DNA of 64,000 bases, taken from contig OZ024743.1 in assembly GCA_964016885.1 (NCBI GenBank), forward strand, positions 20,522,001 through 20,586,000. Direction: 5' to 3'. The translations under genes and the position numbers were made by a program. The notes beneath the pieces were generated by a model that did no database searches, was not told the origin of the DNA, and saw nothing but the letters and a program-made list of their open reading frames with translations. Each line of letters begins with the position of its first letter. The first letter of the stretch is position 1. This document shows, piece after piece, positions 40,035 through 54,768 of this stretch. The stretch comes from Eledone cirrhosa (Eukaryota).

Positions 40035-42104
40035 ATATGTTTATAAATTGTTGATCCTTAGATTATGAGAAATTATAGGAATTGCTTTTATCTGTGAACA
40101 GAGAGTAATAGAGACAAGCCAGAGTGCCACCTCATCTGTTTTATGTTGTTTTGAATACAACTGTAGCCAGTTTTAATTTATGCATTGATGCAGTGATTTG
40201 CTAAGCTCTGATTATAAATCTTGTGTCATTCAGTTGGCCTCTTCTAGAATTGTAGTTATGCATGATTATTATCATTGAACTAATGTTTAGCTTTAGCTCA
40301 TGAAATGGCAATCTGGAAAATATAATTTAATTAAAAATGTTATGTGACAATATACAGCTTGTCCATCGTCTCCCCCTAGAATGGTGATGATGGTGGACAA
40401 GCTTGTAATCTGTAATTTCCCTTGGTAACAAATGCAGAGCATCTTTGTTTTAGGAATTATAATTATTTTCTTGTGATAGTGTTCAATTTAATTATTATTG
40501 TTTGTCAGAATTAGCATCATTTTTTTATATCATTTCATGCATTTCAAAAATGTTCCTATCTAACCTGTTATCATTCATTATAGTTCCATTTTGTTTCTGC
40601 AGCAACCACTAATTGAATACTGTTTCACCATGTTCTCATGTTGGTGGAGAGTTTGGGACTCTTCAAATATCTCCACAATGGAAATTGTTTTAAGCAATTA
40701 TCTATTATTCTTGTATTGGAGCCTTTTGGTACTATGAATGCTATTTGACAAATTTATTTTCTCAGATGAAGAAACTTTCCTCCAAAGTACTTATTGTTCC
40801 TCTTGTGCCAAAAAGTATAAACAATTATGATTTTTCACAGAATATTTGTTATACTTAATGCATTGAGAGGGAGAGAGAGTGTGTTGATGCTTAATCTATT
40901 ATTATCATAGAAGCATATTATATTCTTTGAGAAACTTCTGAGTAGAATCTATGTTCTGTATCATTATCATCTAAGTGTTCTATAACGCTGTCAAAATGCA
41001 TAATTTTGCAACTTATTTGAACGCGCTGTTTTAACCTTAACCTGCAGGATTCTCCACATGAACTTCATTAATATCATTATTAAAAATTGGCAGACATTTA
41101 GTAATTCAAATTTATGGCTGCATAGATCATGAATAACAAGTGTTTGCTGAATATCACATAGCACATTACTGTGAGCTTCATTTATTTTTCCCTCTGCTAT
41201 GAAATCCTGAATAAAGTGTTTCTCAATTTATTGAAATAGCAGCAGAGGATCACTCAGTCGATTTAGGGCATATATAATAAAAAATAAATAATTCCAGTTA
41301 GGGAATTATTCTGACTTTTACTGCTTCAAACGTACATTGCAACCAGTTTTCATGATTATTCAGCAAATTCCTGTTTTAAGCTGAAGCTTTGTAAGTGTTG
41401 TGAAACATGAGCATGAGTGTCTTCAAAATGTGTAGTCTTTATTACATGTAATGATAATAATCAGAAGTAAATACTCTGTTTCCTTTAAATACATACCTAC
41501 ACCGTGTAGATATTTACATGCATGCACACATATATACATTGATATTACAGGGATATACATACTTCCATATATTCATAAATACACACAAATCTCTCCATGA
41601 AAAGAAATTGGTATTATATTTCAATTTGAGTTTGAATGTTAGTACTGGAATTGGTTGAGAGATTTTCAATTTATCATGCTATTACTTTGATACACAGCAT
41701 TTCAGAAAGAGAGAGAGAGATGTATCTGTAATTCTCCCCCTCCCTCCTTTCTAATTACTCTTCCTCCTTGTAATCCTTTCATTTCCATTCCTATTCCATT
41801 TGCTTATCACCTTTATTCTCCTCTTTTTATCTTTCTCACTGTCATAAGCAGTCTTCTAATCCCCATTTACATCTTAAATTATCTTTACATACATTATACC
41901 TCTTCAATTTTCTCATCACACTCCTCTCTCCCTGTGAAACTTTTATTAACCTTTTCTTCAAACTCTCTCTCTCTTTCTCTAGCAATATTTATTACCTTCT
42001 CTCTCACTTTGATTATCAAGCTAACTTCCTTTTCAATTCCATTTTCTGGCATATTAGATTCAAAAGTTAAACAGAAACAATGCAAATACACACAGCATAT
42101 TATC

Positions 42105-42139
<35 letters not shown>

Positions 42140-42213
42140 ATGTATGTATGTATGTATGTATGTATGTATGTATGTATGTATGTATGTATGTGTGTGTGTA
42201 TATATATATATAT
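42105..42213. repeat. (TG)n(TATG)n(TA)n compound microsatellite
   Basis: Direct inspection. Confidence 0.95.
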
Positions 42214-43088
42214 AATTGAAAACATTGAGCAGCTTGCCTTGAATTTGCATAATATTCACTGATCCAATGCTCATTGTAATTTTATTCCTTCTACAGCCAG
42301 AAAAAATAACTCTCCCAGGATATAAAGACTACTTTATGGTGCACTATACTCCCTTTTCACAATTGCCCACTTTGTATTATATTTGATAAGAGTGTTTCTC
42401 TTTTTATCAACAAGGTTAGTATAGAAGATGGGATGCATATCAACCAGCAAATCTTGGCTTGCCCTTTTGAAACAGTTAAGAAAAAGCATTGTTATTCTGA
42501 ATGTAAAATTAGCAAGCCCTTTGTATCTTGCTATTAAGAAATTATTTTCAAGGTAAATTGTACATATTTAAATGAAAATATTATTTAGCAATAACTGCAA
42601 GTAGCTGTTTGGTGTAGAGAATGCAAACATTGTCTACAACTGCTTGGTGTTTCTCATTGTAAAGGCCAAATGACTTGTATATCCCAATCTCTTCTAGCTT
42701 TATTTTCTCTTCTACCTCATGTGACACAGGTTTTACAAGAACTACCAGAGCAATGTCAAAAACAGATTTATTTTACCAAAGAAATGGCTTCAATGTTAGC
42801 CTCAAATTCAATGTAATTTGTAATTTATATGCTAATTAAGATAAATTTTGGGACCAAAATATATTTCTTGACTAGTAATTGTAAATTTAAAATTTTTTTG
42901 ATTATGTTTGATTTTATCTATAGTAAATAACTCCAGAAACACATTTTAGATGAAGTGTTTACCCAAAGCAGAACCTGAATTATGAGAAAAACCCTAAAAC
43001 TCACTCTTGTCACGAAAATGAATATATGGTGATACAAAACTTCACCGCATAATTTTGTCTTTGAGCCCAAATAGGAAATTGTGCCATT

Positions 43089-43313
43089 TTAACCCTTTAG
43101 CATTTAAACCGTCTGTATCCAGCCAGATCTCTCATCTCTTTCTGTTCAAACTGGCTGTAACTGGCCGCTCATACCTACAATAGGTATTATTCTCAAAATA
43201 AATAACATCAAAATCTCGTAGATTTGATATTATGTGAGATAATTATGTGAGATAAAGCCTTTACTGTGAAATTTAAAATAAAAAATATAGAATAATGTAG
43301 ATGCTAGAGTTAA
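43089..43313. mobile_element. piggyBac-type MITE copy
   Basis: TTAA-CCCTTTAGCATTT ... ATGCTAGAG-TTAA; internal sequence homologous to 18748-18976. Confidence 0.8.
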
Positions 43314-43599
43314 ATTGAAATAGGTAAAATAATAAAATGAATTCTTAGCTCCAAACAAAACAATGACTCATAGCTGGTGAGGGTAATGGGCATGTTGGGT
43401 AGCACTAGGACAGCTTCTATGGAGTTCATGGTGGCTTTGTAAGGTTTTTATTGTGCAAATTACTTCACCTATCAATCAGACAAACACAGAATCAAAATTG
43501 ACTTCATACTCATCATAAAATGGGATAGATGGATAGTTGTAAATTCAGTCTTTTCCCAGAAAAGATATACCACTCAACATAGAGTAGTTAGTAGTAACA

Positions 43600-43985
43600 T
43601 AAAAGTGAGATCTAGACAATTCAGAGATACAAGACAAAAAGATTTTCTTCTGAATGAAAGGGAGGTTGTGTGATGTTTTGTTATAGAGTGCAGTGTTATA
43701 TAACATTAAAATGTGGCCTTTGAATATACAAGTTATGGAAAGAAATGAATCAAGCATGCTCCATTACATGTGTAATGTTAGTGTTCATGAACTAGGAAGC
43801 ACAGGTGAGTTGCCTGAAAAACTAGGTATATGAGAAATCAGGTGTTGTGTGCAAGGGATAACATTGTCTTGGTACAGATATGTAATGCATATGGATGCCG
43901 ATTGCTGGCTGAAAAAATACAGGAGTTTCAGATGGAATGTAGTTTTGAAAGACCAAGACTGAAGAAGACTTGGGCCGAGATGAAT
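43600..43985 (+). mobile_element. Decayed RTE fragment
   Basis: MKGRLCD, ERNESSMLHYMCNVSV and RPRLKKTWAE remnants. Confidence 0.7.
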
Positions 43986-45221
43986 AGTCATACATTTACA
44001 AAGAAACACCTTTGCATAAATAGATAATCATTTACATAGATACACATCGGTAACCAATATCCCACTTTCTCAATGAGCCCACAATATAGTTTTATTGGAA
44101 TTTACTATCACCATAGAAGGGAGACAAATCAAAATGAAAACCTCATAGTTTTGCAAATCTAGCCGTCCCATCGTCCACTGTCTGCTTGAATCTCATCTAT
44201 TAGTGCATTTTCACACATCTTCTCAGAGGGCACCAAATTTATTTTACAACTGTTCTTAGCGTATTCATTTTCAGTGACTGTAATATACATTCTCACAGAA
44301 CAACTGACTAACCTTAATAGTAGTGGTAAGCTTCTTTGGCCTGCAGCCTAGATTCTTTCTTTCTGCTGCCACATAAAAAAACAGATCATTCACTCTGTTC
44401 ATATTTCATTGTAAAGTATGAATAAAAAGTAATTTCGGTAGTGTACAACCTAATGTGAAGAATGTGAGTGCAACACCTATTGGCAGAGATTTATCATAAA
44501 TTGTAAGTGCAACCAGCATCTTGGAGTTCCGCTTTTAAACAAAACGTGAAGTGAGGTATAACTGTTTTATTTTTCCCTTTTAGTTCTATAGAGGACATAG
44601 TTACTGTAAAGGAAATGTGATATATTCAGCAATTTTTGGAAAATATAAGAAAACAGAATAAAGGAACTCAGATGAAGCATATCGTTGTAAAAGCAATACC
44701 TCAGCAATGTAAACACATGATAACCAAAATGCACACAATTTTCAGAAGAGAAAAAAATTGTTGTTTTTTCATTTATGTAATATATTAACAGATTTTAAGT
44801 AGCATAACACAGTATATGAGGTTTTTTTCTTCATGTCGAAAGGTTAACGTAAAGATGCTTACTGGTATGGTTGCTGGTAGTCTATAACAGTGCCATGAGT
44901 CGTGTAGTCAGGCATGAAAGAAAGAAAATGAATTAGCAAATGTTGATTCTATCAGGTGTTTTAATTGATCTTTCACAATATATTTAGGAGCTTATGTACA
45001 CAAAACATAGAAACTAGGAAAAGTGGATGGTACAGTTGAAAGAACATGTAGCCAGATTGTCTGGTTAATTACTAAATCTTATTTGCTAATATAATGAATA
45101 ATTTTACTCAATACAGAAATGTTCCACTGTGACAAGTCTACCAGTATTGCTCAAAACCTTGGGTTACAATATACACAAGCTCAATATCCAATCATTTTGC
45201 ATCCACTTCTCTTTGGTGGTA

Positions 45222-45291
<70 letters not shown>

Positions 45292-45679
45292 CACACCTAT
45301 ACATGCATATGCACACCTATACATACATACACCCATATAAAACTATAAAACAAAGGCTGACGATATTTATATGAGATCTCGTTCGTTGCTAGGGAAATAA
45401 ATCTATACCTTAATATTGGTGGGAGGTTATCTTATTTAGAGGGAATAAATCTTGCTAATTTTGTGCTTATTAAACTTATTCTTATTATATTAAAGTGTAT
45501 TTGTGAAAGGTAGTATACATACAAGTGTGTATGCAACTATATGTATCTTGGTGTGTGTGGTTATTTAAGGTGGTTGTAGGTTTGTGATATTACTGGCCCA
45601 TTTAATTCTATAATATTCCAGCTCTGTATATTGCTGTTTCTTCAGAATCATTCAACACTACTTATATATATTATATATA

Positions 45680-45830
45680 ATCATTATCACCATCACCGTT
45701 TTATGTCCATGTTTCCACATTAGCATGGGTTAGACGAGTTGTCCTGTTGTGGGCAATGCTAGGTCAGGTGACTCTGTCTTGCTCATACAGAACTGAATTT
45801 GGCTAGGTTTCTACAGCTGAATGCCCTTCA
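45680..45830 (-). mobile_element. RTE 3' tail fragment
   Basis: Highly similar to 7408-7560. Confidence 0.85.
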
Positions 45831-46323
45831 TATATATATTTGTATATATATACATGTATATATTAAAATGTATGTTATATGTTTATGAATAATTTATATT
45901 TATATGTTATACATATTATTTATCATATAGCTTTTAGCTCTACAAAGCACTTTTTTATCATTCTTTTTTCTTCACCATTCCAATACTACGCATACCTTTT
46001 GAAAGGTTTGACTTTCACATCTTGTTTTACAGTTTATGTAAGTAATTATATCAATTTGGTAGTAAGATTAGAGTTTATTGTTTTATTGACTACCTAGAAT
46101 GATATATCTTAATGTGTTTAAAAAAACTGGGAAATCCATCAATGTCATAAAGTATTTGCTTCCTGATTAATAAGAAATTTTATTTACTAAAATCATGTTT
46201 CAATAACTACAAGCAAGGAGCATGTAATTTAGATTTAATTTTTCTTTTAAATGTAAATTTGGAATATTTTGAAAGTTAAAAAAAGTTTTATAAATATTGT
46301 ATTTTCTTTTTCATTTAATTTAG

Positions 46324-46496
46324 GTGTGGCATTATATAAAACAGTATTTAATACTGAATTTAACACATCAGAGGGTAAATCAGAAGATTTTTATAATGAT
46401 ACTCACGTTGTCACTTTCATTATTCATATAAATTATTCACATGTGTTCAGAAAGGAAAAATCACCTACTTTCACAAATCACAATCTAATTTTTTAA
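46324..46496 (+). CDS. Candidate terminal exon A (paralog of 55330-55577)
   Basis: T-rich tract plus TAG acceptor, phase-1 open frame GVALYKTVFNTEFNTSEGKSEDF...KSPTFTNHNLIF*. Confidence 0.35.
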
Positions 46497-46559
46497 GATA
46501 CAAACTATTTTTTGTTAAGCATTATTTTGTAAAAATCCATTCACCAAATATTGTTGAGC

Positions 46560-47060
46560 TACAGCAAGTCTGTCTGCCAAGCACTGAGATCATGATCACA
46601 AAACAGTGTCTCGAATGGTCAGGTTATATATTACACCTAGAGGACAGCAGAATCCCCAAACAATTATTGTATGGAGAACTGTTGCAAGGTAAATGCTTGT
46701 AGCCAATCTAGTGCTTTAAAAACTGCCTGAAAGATACCCTGAAGAAGGTAAACATCAACACAGAAACATGGGGAAATCTTGCAACAGACAGAACCCAGTG
46801 GTGAAATATTATTGCTACTGGTGTTAAGGAATTTGAAAAAAAAGTAGAAGGCTTATGCTGAAGTGAGCAGCTAAATTTATGGTCGATGTTAGTCCGCTCC
46901 TAGAACATAGCTTCAAGACCCTTACCTATGACGGATGTGAACATATATGTGTGTCAAAAACTGAACTACTTAGCCATAGCAGGCGTCATACTCATGGAAA
47001 TAACACCATTGAGTACCCCATACACCTTGATTTTGCATGTAGTATCTGTACCAATGTGTC
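46560..47060 (+). mobile_element. RTE-like (second lineage) 3' fragment with C-terminal zinc finger
   Basis: LEWSGYILHLEDSRIPKQLLYGEL and CEHICVSKTELLSHSRRH. Confidence 0.75.
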
Positions 47061-47374
47061 ACTCTGCAGGTGGGCTAACACTGCACCACATAGCATGCTA
47101 TGCCAATCAGACTCAAACAGGTGGGAGACCTACCTGCGCACTGTGTGATTTGACTTCCTGTTTTGACGAGCCATCTAAGGCAGCATCAGTGACAGCAACA
47201 TCAATAGCATGTTTTACCCAATGTCTATTTTTTTTTTTTTTTCTCAATAACTGCTAGGCTAGTAGATCAGCAAATGATATATAAATATGTGTCATCATCA
47301 CTGTTTAACATCTGTTTTTTTAAATGGTGATGATGATATATATACACATATATTTATATGTACATGTATGTATG

Positions 47375-47409
<35 letters not shown>

Positions 47410-48814
47410 TTATGTATATGTATGTGCATATATATATGTGTGTGTGTTTATGTGCATCTATGTATGAGTATGTGCATATATATATATGTGCATAAATGTG
47501 TATGTATATATATCATGAAAAGTCATATATATATTAATGACTTTTCATGATGATATTGTTTGTCGCGAAGTACATCATTCAGACAATAAACTTTATCACC
47601 TCATTTCCCGAATGTCCGCCATACATGGCCCATCACTCATGTATTTGATATCAATCATTGTAGTCTTTATGTTATTTACATATATAGATATTTATTGTTT
47701 CTGCTCCTTTGTTTCTAGTCATCAGTTCTGTCATTTGATATTTGTACGTATGTGTATATATTAAATATATGGTGCATATGTGTATGCATTGTGAGATATC
47801 TATTTCTCTGAATTGAATTATTGTTACTGGAATTATATTTTTTCGACTGACGATTAAGCTCATCTATAGAGATGAACCAGCTTTTTACCATTTACATATA
47901 TACCGTGCTTCATCATCATACGTCTGTTTTTCCACACTTACAAGGATTGCATGTAAATAACAAAGATGTTTCATCTCTAAACATGAGGTTAATAGTAAAA
48001 AATATATAATCATGTATGCACTGTGTTTGGATATATTTTTCCTCTATCATTGATCCATTCATTATCTTATTTTTATTTACATTTGAAGTAAATAGCCAAT
48101 TTGTAAGATGATATGGGAAATTTCATGTTATTTGCCATGGGGAATGTAAGATGAAGGGATCACTAATGGTGCTTCAGTCTCAAAATGCTTCAAATTTTCC
48201 ACTGTATTTTACTAAATACTCTATATGAAGAGTTTCTATAAGTATATGTAAACACAGATGCAATTAAGTGTTCAGATTTAATGAGAGTTTGAAAACTTTG
48301 TAGAGAAATCTAGAATTACCAGTAATATCTGCTCAAAACTGAAGCTTAATCCCCAAATATTAATCGAAATATTCATAGAAAAGTGAATAGTATTCTCAAA
48401 ATATATATATTATATTAAAAGAAACTGTGTAGTATCAACCACATAATACTTCAGCTGAAATAATTCTATTAGAAAAATATACTGAAGATCATGCTAACGG
48501 CTTTATGCAATAGTGAGATTTACTAAATCAGAACAGAAATTTGGTGGTGTATACACCTGTAGTATTTCTTGTTTTGGCAATTTTAAACATATTATTCTGT
48601 AGACAATGCTTCAGAATACAAAGAAATATAAATAAGTTTCTGTGACAAATATAGAAAATATAAAATTCAAACAAAATATTATTTGGAATGAGATAATGTA
48701 TCATAGAACTATGAGTATTTACTATTACTGTTGAAAGCCAACATTCAGTACTTTACTAAGTCTACATTGAAGTTATCAAACTTATTTTATGTTGTCAGAT
48801 ATCAATGATCAATT

Positions 48815-49222
48815 TTAAACCTTTAGCATTTTAACCGACCAAAATTCTCTCACCACTTTCTGTTCAAACCGGCTGTAACTGGCTGATCATACTGATATTA
48901 AGGTATTGCTCTCAAAATAAATAATTGTTTCTACTTTTGGCACAAGGCCAGCAATTATCCCAGTGCATTACTGGTACTTTATTTTATCGACCCCGTAAGA
49001 ATGAAAGGCAAAGTTAACCTCGGCAGGATTTGAACTCAGATCAGAAAGGAGCGTAACTCTGTGCTGCAAAGCATGTTGTCCGACCCTCTACCGATACTGC
49101 CAAACCACCACTGCTCTCAAAATAAATAATATCAGTCTCATAGATTTGATATTTTGTGAGATAAACCCTTTACAGTGAAAATGTAATTGTAAATATAGTG
49201 AATGTAAATACTAAAGGGTTAA
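48815..49222. mobile_element. piggyBac-type MITE interrupted by a SINE
   Basis: TTAA-ACCTTTAGCATT ... TACTAAAGGG-TTAA. Confidence 0.8.
48926..49111 (-). mobile_element. Family-B SINE with 19-bp TSD
   Basis: TSD TGCTCTCAAAATAAATAAT at 48907-48925 and 49112-49130. Confidence 0.9.
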
Positions 49223-52200
49223 AGACTACTTCATATCATCTCCTTTATTACACAGTTCCCCATGCTCTTTTGGTACACCTTCAACTCTCAATGAAATATA
49301 CAGGATCAAATCCAAAGAAAACCATCTACCTAATAAAAATCAATATTGCAAATTATCATTTTCTATTTTCTACAAATTTGTTGCTAAATATGAATTAGAG
49401 AATCTGTTAATGCTTTATCTTTAGATTTAGATTTATTTGCTATGAACAGATAAATTACCAGAACTATTTCAATTTTTTTTTACTCACTATTCAATTGTCA
49501 TCTCTCTGACTAGTTTATTTTGGATAACATTATTGCTGCTTTTCTGAATTAGAATTCTCTGTGATATCTCAATCATAATATACCATTGTATCCTGTATCT
49601 ATCAATTCACAGTGTCTGTATACATGGTTATATTTTTAGGGGCCTATTCTAAATTGTCACTTAAGAACATTCATCTGAATGATTTCTGCTCATTTATTTG
49701 CATAAACATTATAGCACAGCTATTTATAATCAATGTTATACTATTGATGCTTATTTTGTTACCCAAGTAGTTTTCAGCAATCCCTATGTTTCTTGAGTAG
49801 TCTCAGAATCAAAGGTGTTGTATCTTATTTTTAAGAAGTTTTACTTGGACTACATTAGCCAATGTTTTTCCTTTTAAGGTGATCATGTATGAATTGACTC
49901 GTTTTCCTTTATTTTGTATTTTATTTATATATAAGTCATGTTGACTGTGTGCCTAATGCTACAATTTCATTATATTGATGAAGCAACAGAGCTTCTCGGT
50001 GAAAATGACATTAAAATACAATATGTAAAATAAAATTGAACAATGACGGCAATGAATTTGTTTTGCAACGATTTTGATATGAAATCGTTTGTTAAAACAA
50101 ATATTGTTATATTTGGGAAGGGTCTGTTGTTATAATATTGCCAGAAATATATAGTAAAACATAGGGTTTGTTTTTGCTTCAGTATATTTTACATTTCTAT
50201 CATTAATTCAGCTGGCAATCAAACATTGATTGACCAACAGTTAAAAATTCAGCAACATATTAATCAATATATCAGAATAGCTTAACACTAATAAATATTC
50301 TCTAAACTTCAAAAGTGATCAAATACTTCTAATATGAATCAAGAATGGAATAAAATACATATCTATTTATCTGCATGTCTGTAAAATCAATTAATCAGTT
50401 TTGATTTTATTTTGTATTAAAGATCATTAGTAACAGCTAGTGAACTGTCTTCATTTTAAATTAGTAATAAATCTGTTTCAGTTCTGGCTTCTCAGAATGC
50501 TTACATTAAATTCCTGTTGCATATATTTTTTGTATTTTAATGATTGCATTGGTTTAGATGTATATGAAGTAAACACTAATGAGTTAATAAGCTAACAAAA
50601 TACTAACCATATAATAATGAGTTGAAAATTGCTATAGTATTACTCTGTGCCTTTAACTAGGCATATTGCTTTACTTGCCTTAAAGATGACAAATTCCATT
50701 AATAATTTTCTCTAACATGTTTAGCTGCAGAAAAGCTAGCTAAGAGTCCACAGAAATGAAGAATTACTTTGTCTATCCTAACAATAGTTACTACTGTTAT
50801 TTTACTATTATCTGTGAATGTTCTTGTCTTTGATCTCTGGCTAGGATTTTCCTTTTGTTTTTCTGTACTTGGTCCATTCTTCACTTTTCACTGAATTTTG
50901 TTACCAACCTCTTTACTATTTTTCTACATCAGTTTAAGTGTTGTGAATACAGTTTTAAACTCAGTGTGCTTTTCCTCAACATCATACTCTACATGACTAA
51001 GTTAGTTATACATTGTATAATTACTAATTTATGTTGTTGTATGTCCATACTCTTCCATTCTATCTTATTTTGGGGTGTTATTGAAAGTGTAGACCATATT
51101 TCGATATAGTTGCTACAATTGTCAAATTCAGAACATTGTAGATTGTAGTTGTGGTAATACAGTGATAAAAAAAAAATGCAATGTTCTAAATGAGTCTACC
51201 TACTTAGGAAAATAGACATATTTCATTCATTTTGTTCTCTTGTTGCAAAATGTTCTCTAGATCCTTTAATAAGCTGATATGCTTATTAATTAACCTTGCT
51301 TTCGGTATAGAATTTACTGCACATGCAATTATATTTCAAATTTAATTGATACTTCTTATGATATATATAGATTCTATTCTAAGTTTGCTCTGCTGAATGT
51401 TGCGCATGCTGAACAAACTTTCACAGATCATATTTATACAAGTATTTGTTAACACCTATTCAAACACAAAATAATCACAGCTCATTAATATCACAGTTTA
51501 TTGAATATTATTTCCCATTTACAAAAGCATTTCACACATTTCACAAAAGAAAAACATTGCCAACTATTGTGGTGTACAGGTATCGTATATCCATATTCAT
51601 TTAGCCAAAGTAATGAGATCACAGATATGTTATATGGTTGTAATCAATAATTTTACTATGATGTACTTCCAAGCTACAAATATAATAAAGATATGAATCA
51701 CTAGAGATTATGTCCAGTTTATATGATAGAGGTCAGTAAAATAGCAAAAGAAATCAGTACTGTTGTACTTTAGCCACCTCCAGCCCATTATTCATGTGAT
51801 TGAATCAAACTTCTTTTGTGAAAAGAAACTCACACGGGAGACTGACTAAGAATAAGATAAAAACACTGCATATGCTATTTAGAAAACCTGGATGATGACA
51901 TGTTTAGCATACATATTATACAAATTCAGTAGTCATTCACAAGAAAAATAAATATATATATAATCTCTAAAGCTTAAACTATGTAAATGTAGAAAAATGC
52001 TATATTTAACATCTAATAAGCATCAAGAGTCATGAGGTATGTTTTACAATTGTAGAAAATTATGTGGAAAATGTTATTCTTTGCTTGCCCATTGCTAACA
52101 TTTAAAAGTAAAACATTTCTATCGATGAAATTTCTTTTTTAAATATCAAAAAAGAAAAGAAGATAATTAATGCTCCATAGGAAAACATTAATATTTTTAA

Positions 52201-52524
52201 AATTATTTTATTAGTCTCACTTTTAGTTGTATGTTTATAGCATTTGATACATTTCACATTTCTCTTTAATTAAAAATCTGAAAATTAACAAATTAGTAAT
52301 TATTGATTTAGTAGATAATGTCATAATCAGGTTTTCTAATAAACAGCATGTGTGGTGGTTTTTTGTTCTTCTTAGCCAGCCTTTTGTTAAATTAAGATAT
52401 TAATTTTTAGTAAAAGTAGTATTAGTGCTTCTTTCATAGAATTTTGAAGAATGATAGGCAACAGTAACTCACTCATGGCAGGATTGAACTCAGAATGTGA
52501 AAGAATATAGCTTAACACTATAAA

Positions 52525-52882
52525 ACATTTAGTCTAGTACACCGCTCTATCTGCTAATCCCAACAAATTTAGTCTAGTACACCACAGTATCTGCTAACCC
52601 CCACAAATTTAGTCTTGTACACCACTGTAACCTGCTAATCCCCACAAATTTAGTCTAGTATACTACTGTATCTGCTAATCTTCACAAATTTAGTCAGGTA
52701 CACATTTGTATATGCTACTCCCCACAAAATTAGTCAGGTACACCTTTGTATCTGCTACTCCCCACAAATTTAGTCTAGTATACTACTGTTTTCTGCTAAT
52801 CCCCACAAATTTAGTCTAGTACAGCACTGTATCTGATAATCCCTACAAATTTAGTCTAGTATATTACTATATCTGCTACTCT
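52525..52882. repeat. 39-40 bp minisatellite, about 9 copies
   Basis: Unit approximately AAATTTAGTCTAGTACACCACTGTATCTGCTAATCCCCAC. Confidence 0.95.
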
Positions 52883-53499
52883 ATGCAATATTCAAAATTC
52901 GATTCAGAAATGATGTCTCAACTTCAATGCTACAAGGCACAAAATAGTAAATTTTTTCTTCAGAAAGCAGATTTAATCAGTTATTAAGAACATCATAATT
53001 TACACATCTCTATTTATTATAAGATAAAGAAAATTCTGGGAGATATATTAAAGAAATATATAACCAACCTTTAACCAAATTTAATATGTTGATCAATCAA
53101 TTATTTATCATCCCAAGGAACATGAAAAAGTGAAATTCAATGTATTAGAAAGAACAGACAGTCTTGTTATTGCTTCTTAATATATTTGATGAATTGTGTT
53201 CATGTATATTTTAAGCTTATTGATATTAGTTCATTTATAACAATATTGTCAACTGAGATAGCCACTGGAGATTCTCTACCGTTTGGTACCATATTTGACA
53301 AATTACTTTCCATTATATCGATGAAATCATTTTCAGCTTCAATGTGTACCAGCTAAACATGTATATAGGCAGAATTCATAGAAATAATTTTCAAAGACAT
53401 ATAACTTATTTCTGGTGCCTGTGAGAAAGTTTTCAGTTAGCTTTGAATTTCAAAAACAATTCAAAAGATTTTTTTGGTATGTAATATAGTTTACTTAAC

Positions 53500-54262
53500 C
53501 CTGAACTGTATATAACTTTGTATGAAGTGGCTGTGCTTGATATATAGAAAAGGAGTAGGTAAGAACTCTATACAATGTACACAATGTAAGGTATGGATAC
53601 ACAAAAAGTATTGTGGAATTGTAGGCAAACTAACAGAAAATATAGACTTTCTATGTGGCAGAGCACAGGAATAGTGTGTAGTAAGACAAGGAGTGAAATA
53701 AACATTTTTCAATCTCAGGAAGGCACCATAGAAGTAGTTGATAGACTCTGTTACTTGGATGACCTAATTAGCAGTAGAGGATGCAGCTCTGAAACCAGAA
53801 TAAGAACAGTCTGGAAAAAGTTCATAGAGTTAATACTGTTGTTGACAACAAAGTGCAGGGTTGATTGTATGATGCCTGCAGAAGAAGTGTGATGTTGCTT
53901 CATTTCTCTCCCGCCTCTGTATATCCTCTGCATCATTTCTCTCCCGCCTCTGTATATCCTCTGCATCATTCCTCTCCAGCCTCTGTATATCCTCTGCATT
54001 AACTGCTCATCTAGTGAATGTGTAATGTTAGTGAGCATTAACGATGGTGATGGATAAACTGAAGGAAAAGATGGATGGAAGAGGAAGCAGATGTTGTGTA
54101 GAAGAGAGAAGACTGCACTGGTACGGACATGTGAACCTTAGGGATGATGAATGTTTGGTGAAGAAGTGCTAGGAAATGTCAGAGGAGGAGGACTGCTCGA
54201 TTGAACCCATTCAACTGATACAAGCAAGGAAAAAAACGAACATAAAATAATGATGATGACAA
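53500..54262 (+). mobile_element. Decayed RTE 3' fragment with internal inversion and triplication
   Basis: RKGVGKNSIQCTQCKVWIH, EGTIEVVDRLCYL, RIRTVWKKF, RRLHWYGHV, and a (TGA)n tail. Confidence 0.85.
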
Positions 54263-54768
54263 TGATTTTCATAGTATCACACCTGCACATAATGTATTAG
54301 CCCATTTTTTAAGTGTATAAAATAATAACTTTAGCTGAGATGTTATTTCTATCCATATTTATAATTTCTATATTTATTATTGATCAAGAATTTTGTTAGC
54401 ATACCTTCAATTTGAAATCCATAGAGAATTACTTTTATGTAATATATTTTCTTTGCATCACATTTTATGTTCAAACTCATAATTGTGGCCCTAATAGTGA
54501 CAGAGCACTGAGTTACCCACTTCCAGCCCCTTTTAAAAAAATTCCTCTTTAGAAGCTGTATTTATTCCTGACCTCTGTATATTTATGTGTGCAGATTTTA
54601 GAGTTGTGTTTGTCTTTATAACTGAATAGCAATTAAACATTTACTTTAATCAAATACAAAGCATAATTTTGGATTCAGATCATGGATTCCATGGCATTAT
54701 GCTATTCATAGATGTCGATATAGTTAAACTTTGCTTAGAAATATTAAAACCTTTGAAGTGTAATCAAT

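Noticed and set aside
42297-42414. Possible exon with CAG acceptor and GTTAGT donor
   Set aside because: Phase does not fit the other candidates and there is no homology; compatible with chance.
45357-45400. CTGACGA hammerhead core
   Set aside because: No GAAA partner (GAGA instead) and only a weak AT stem; insufficient support.
52525-52882. CRISPR-like regular repeats
   Set aside because: Units are contiguous without unique spacers, no cas genes are present, and the context is eukaryotic.
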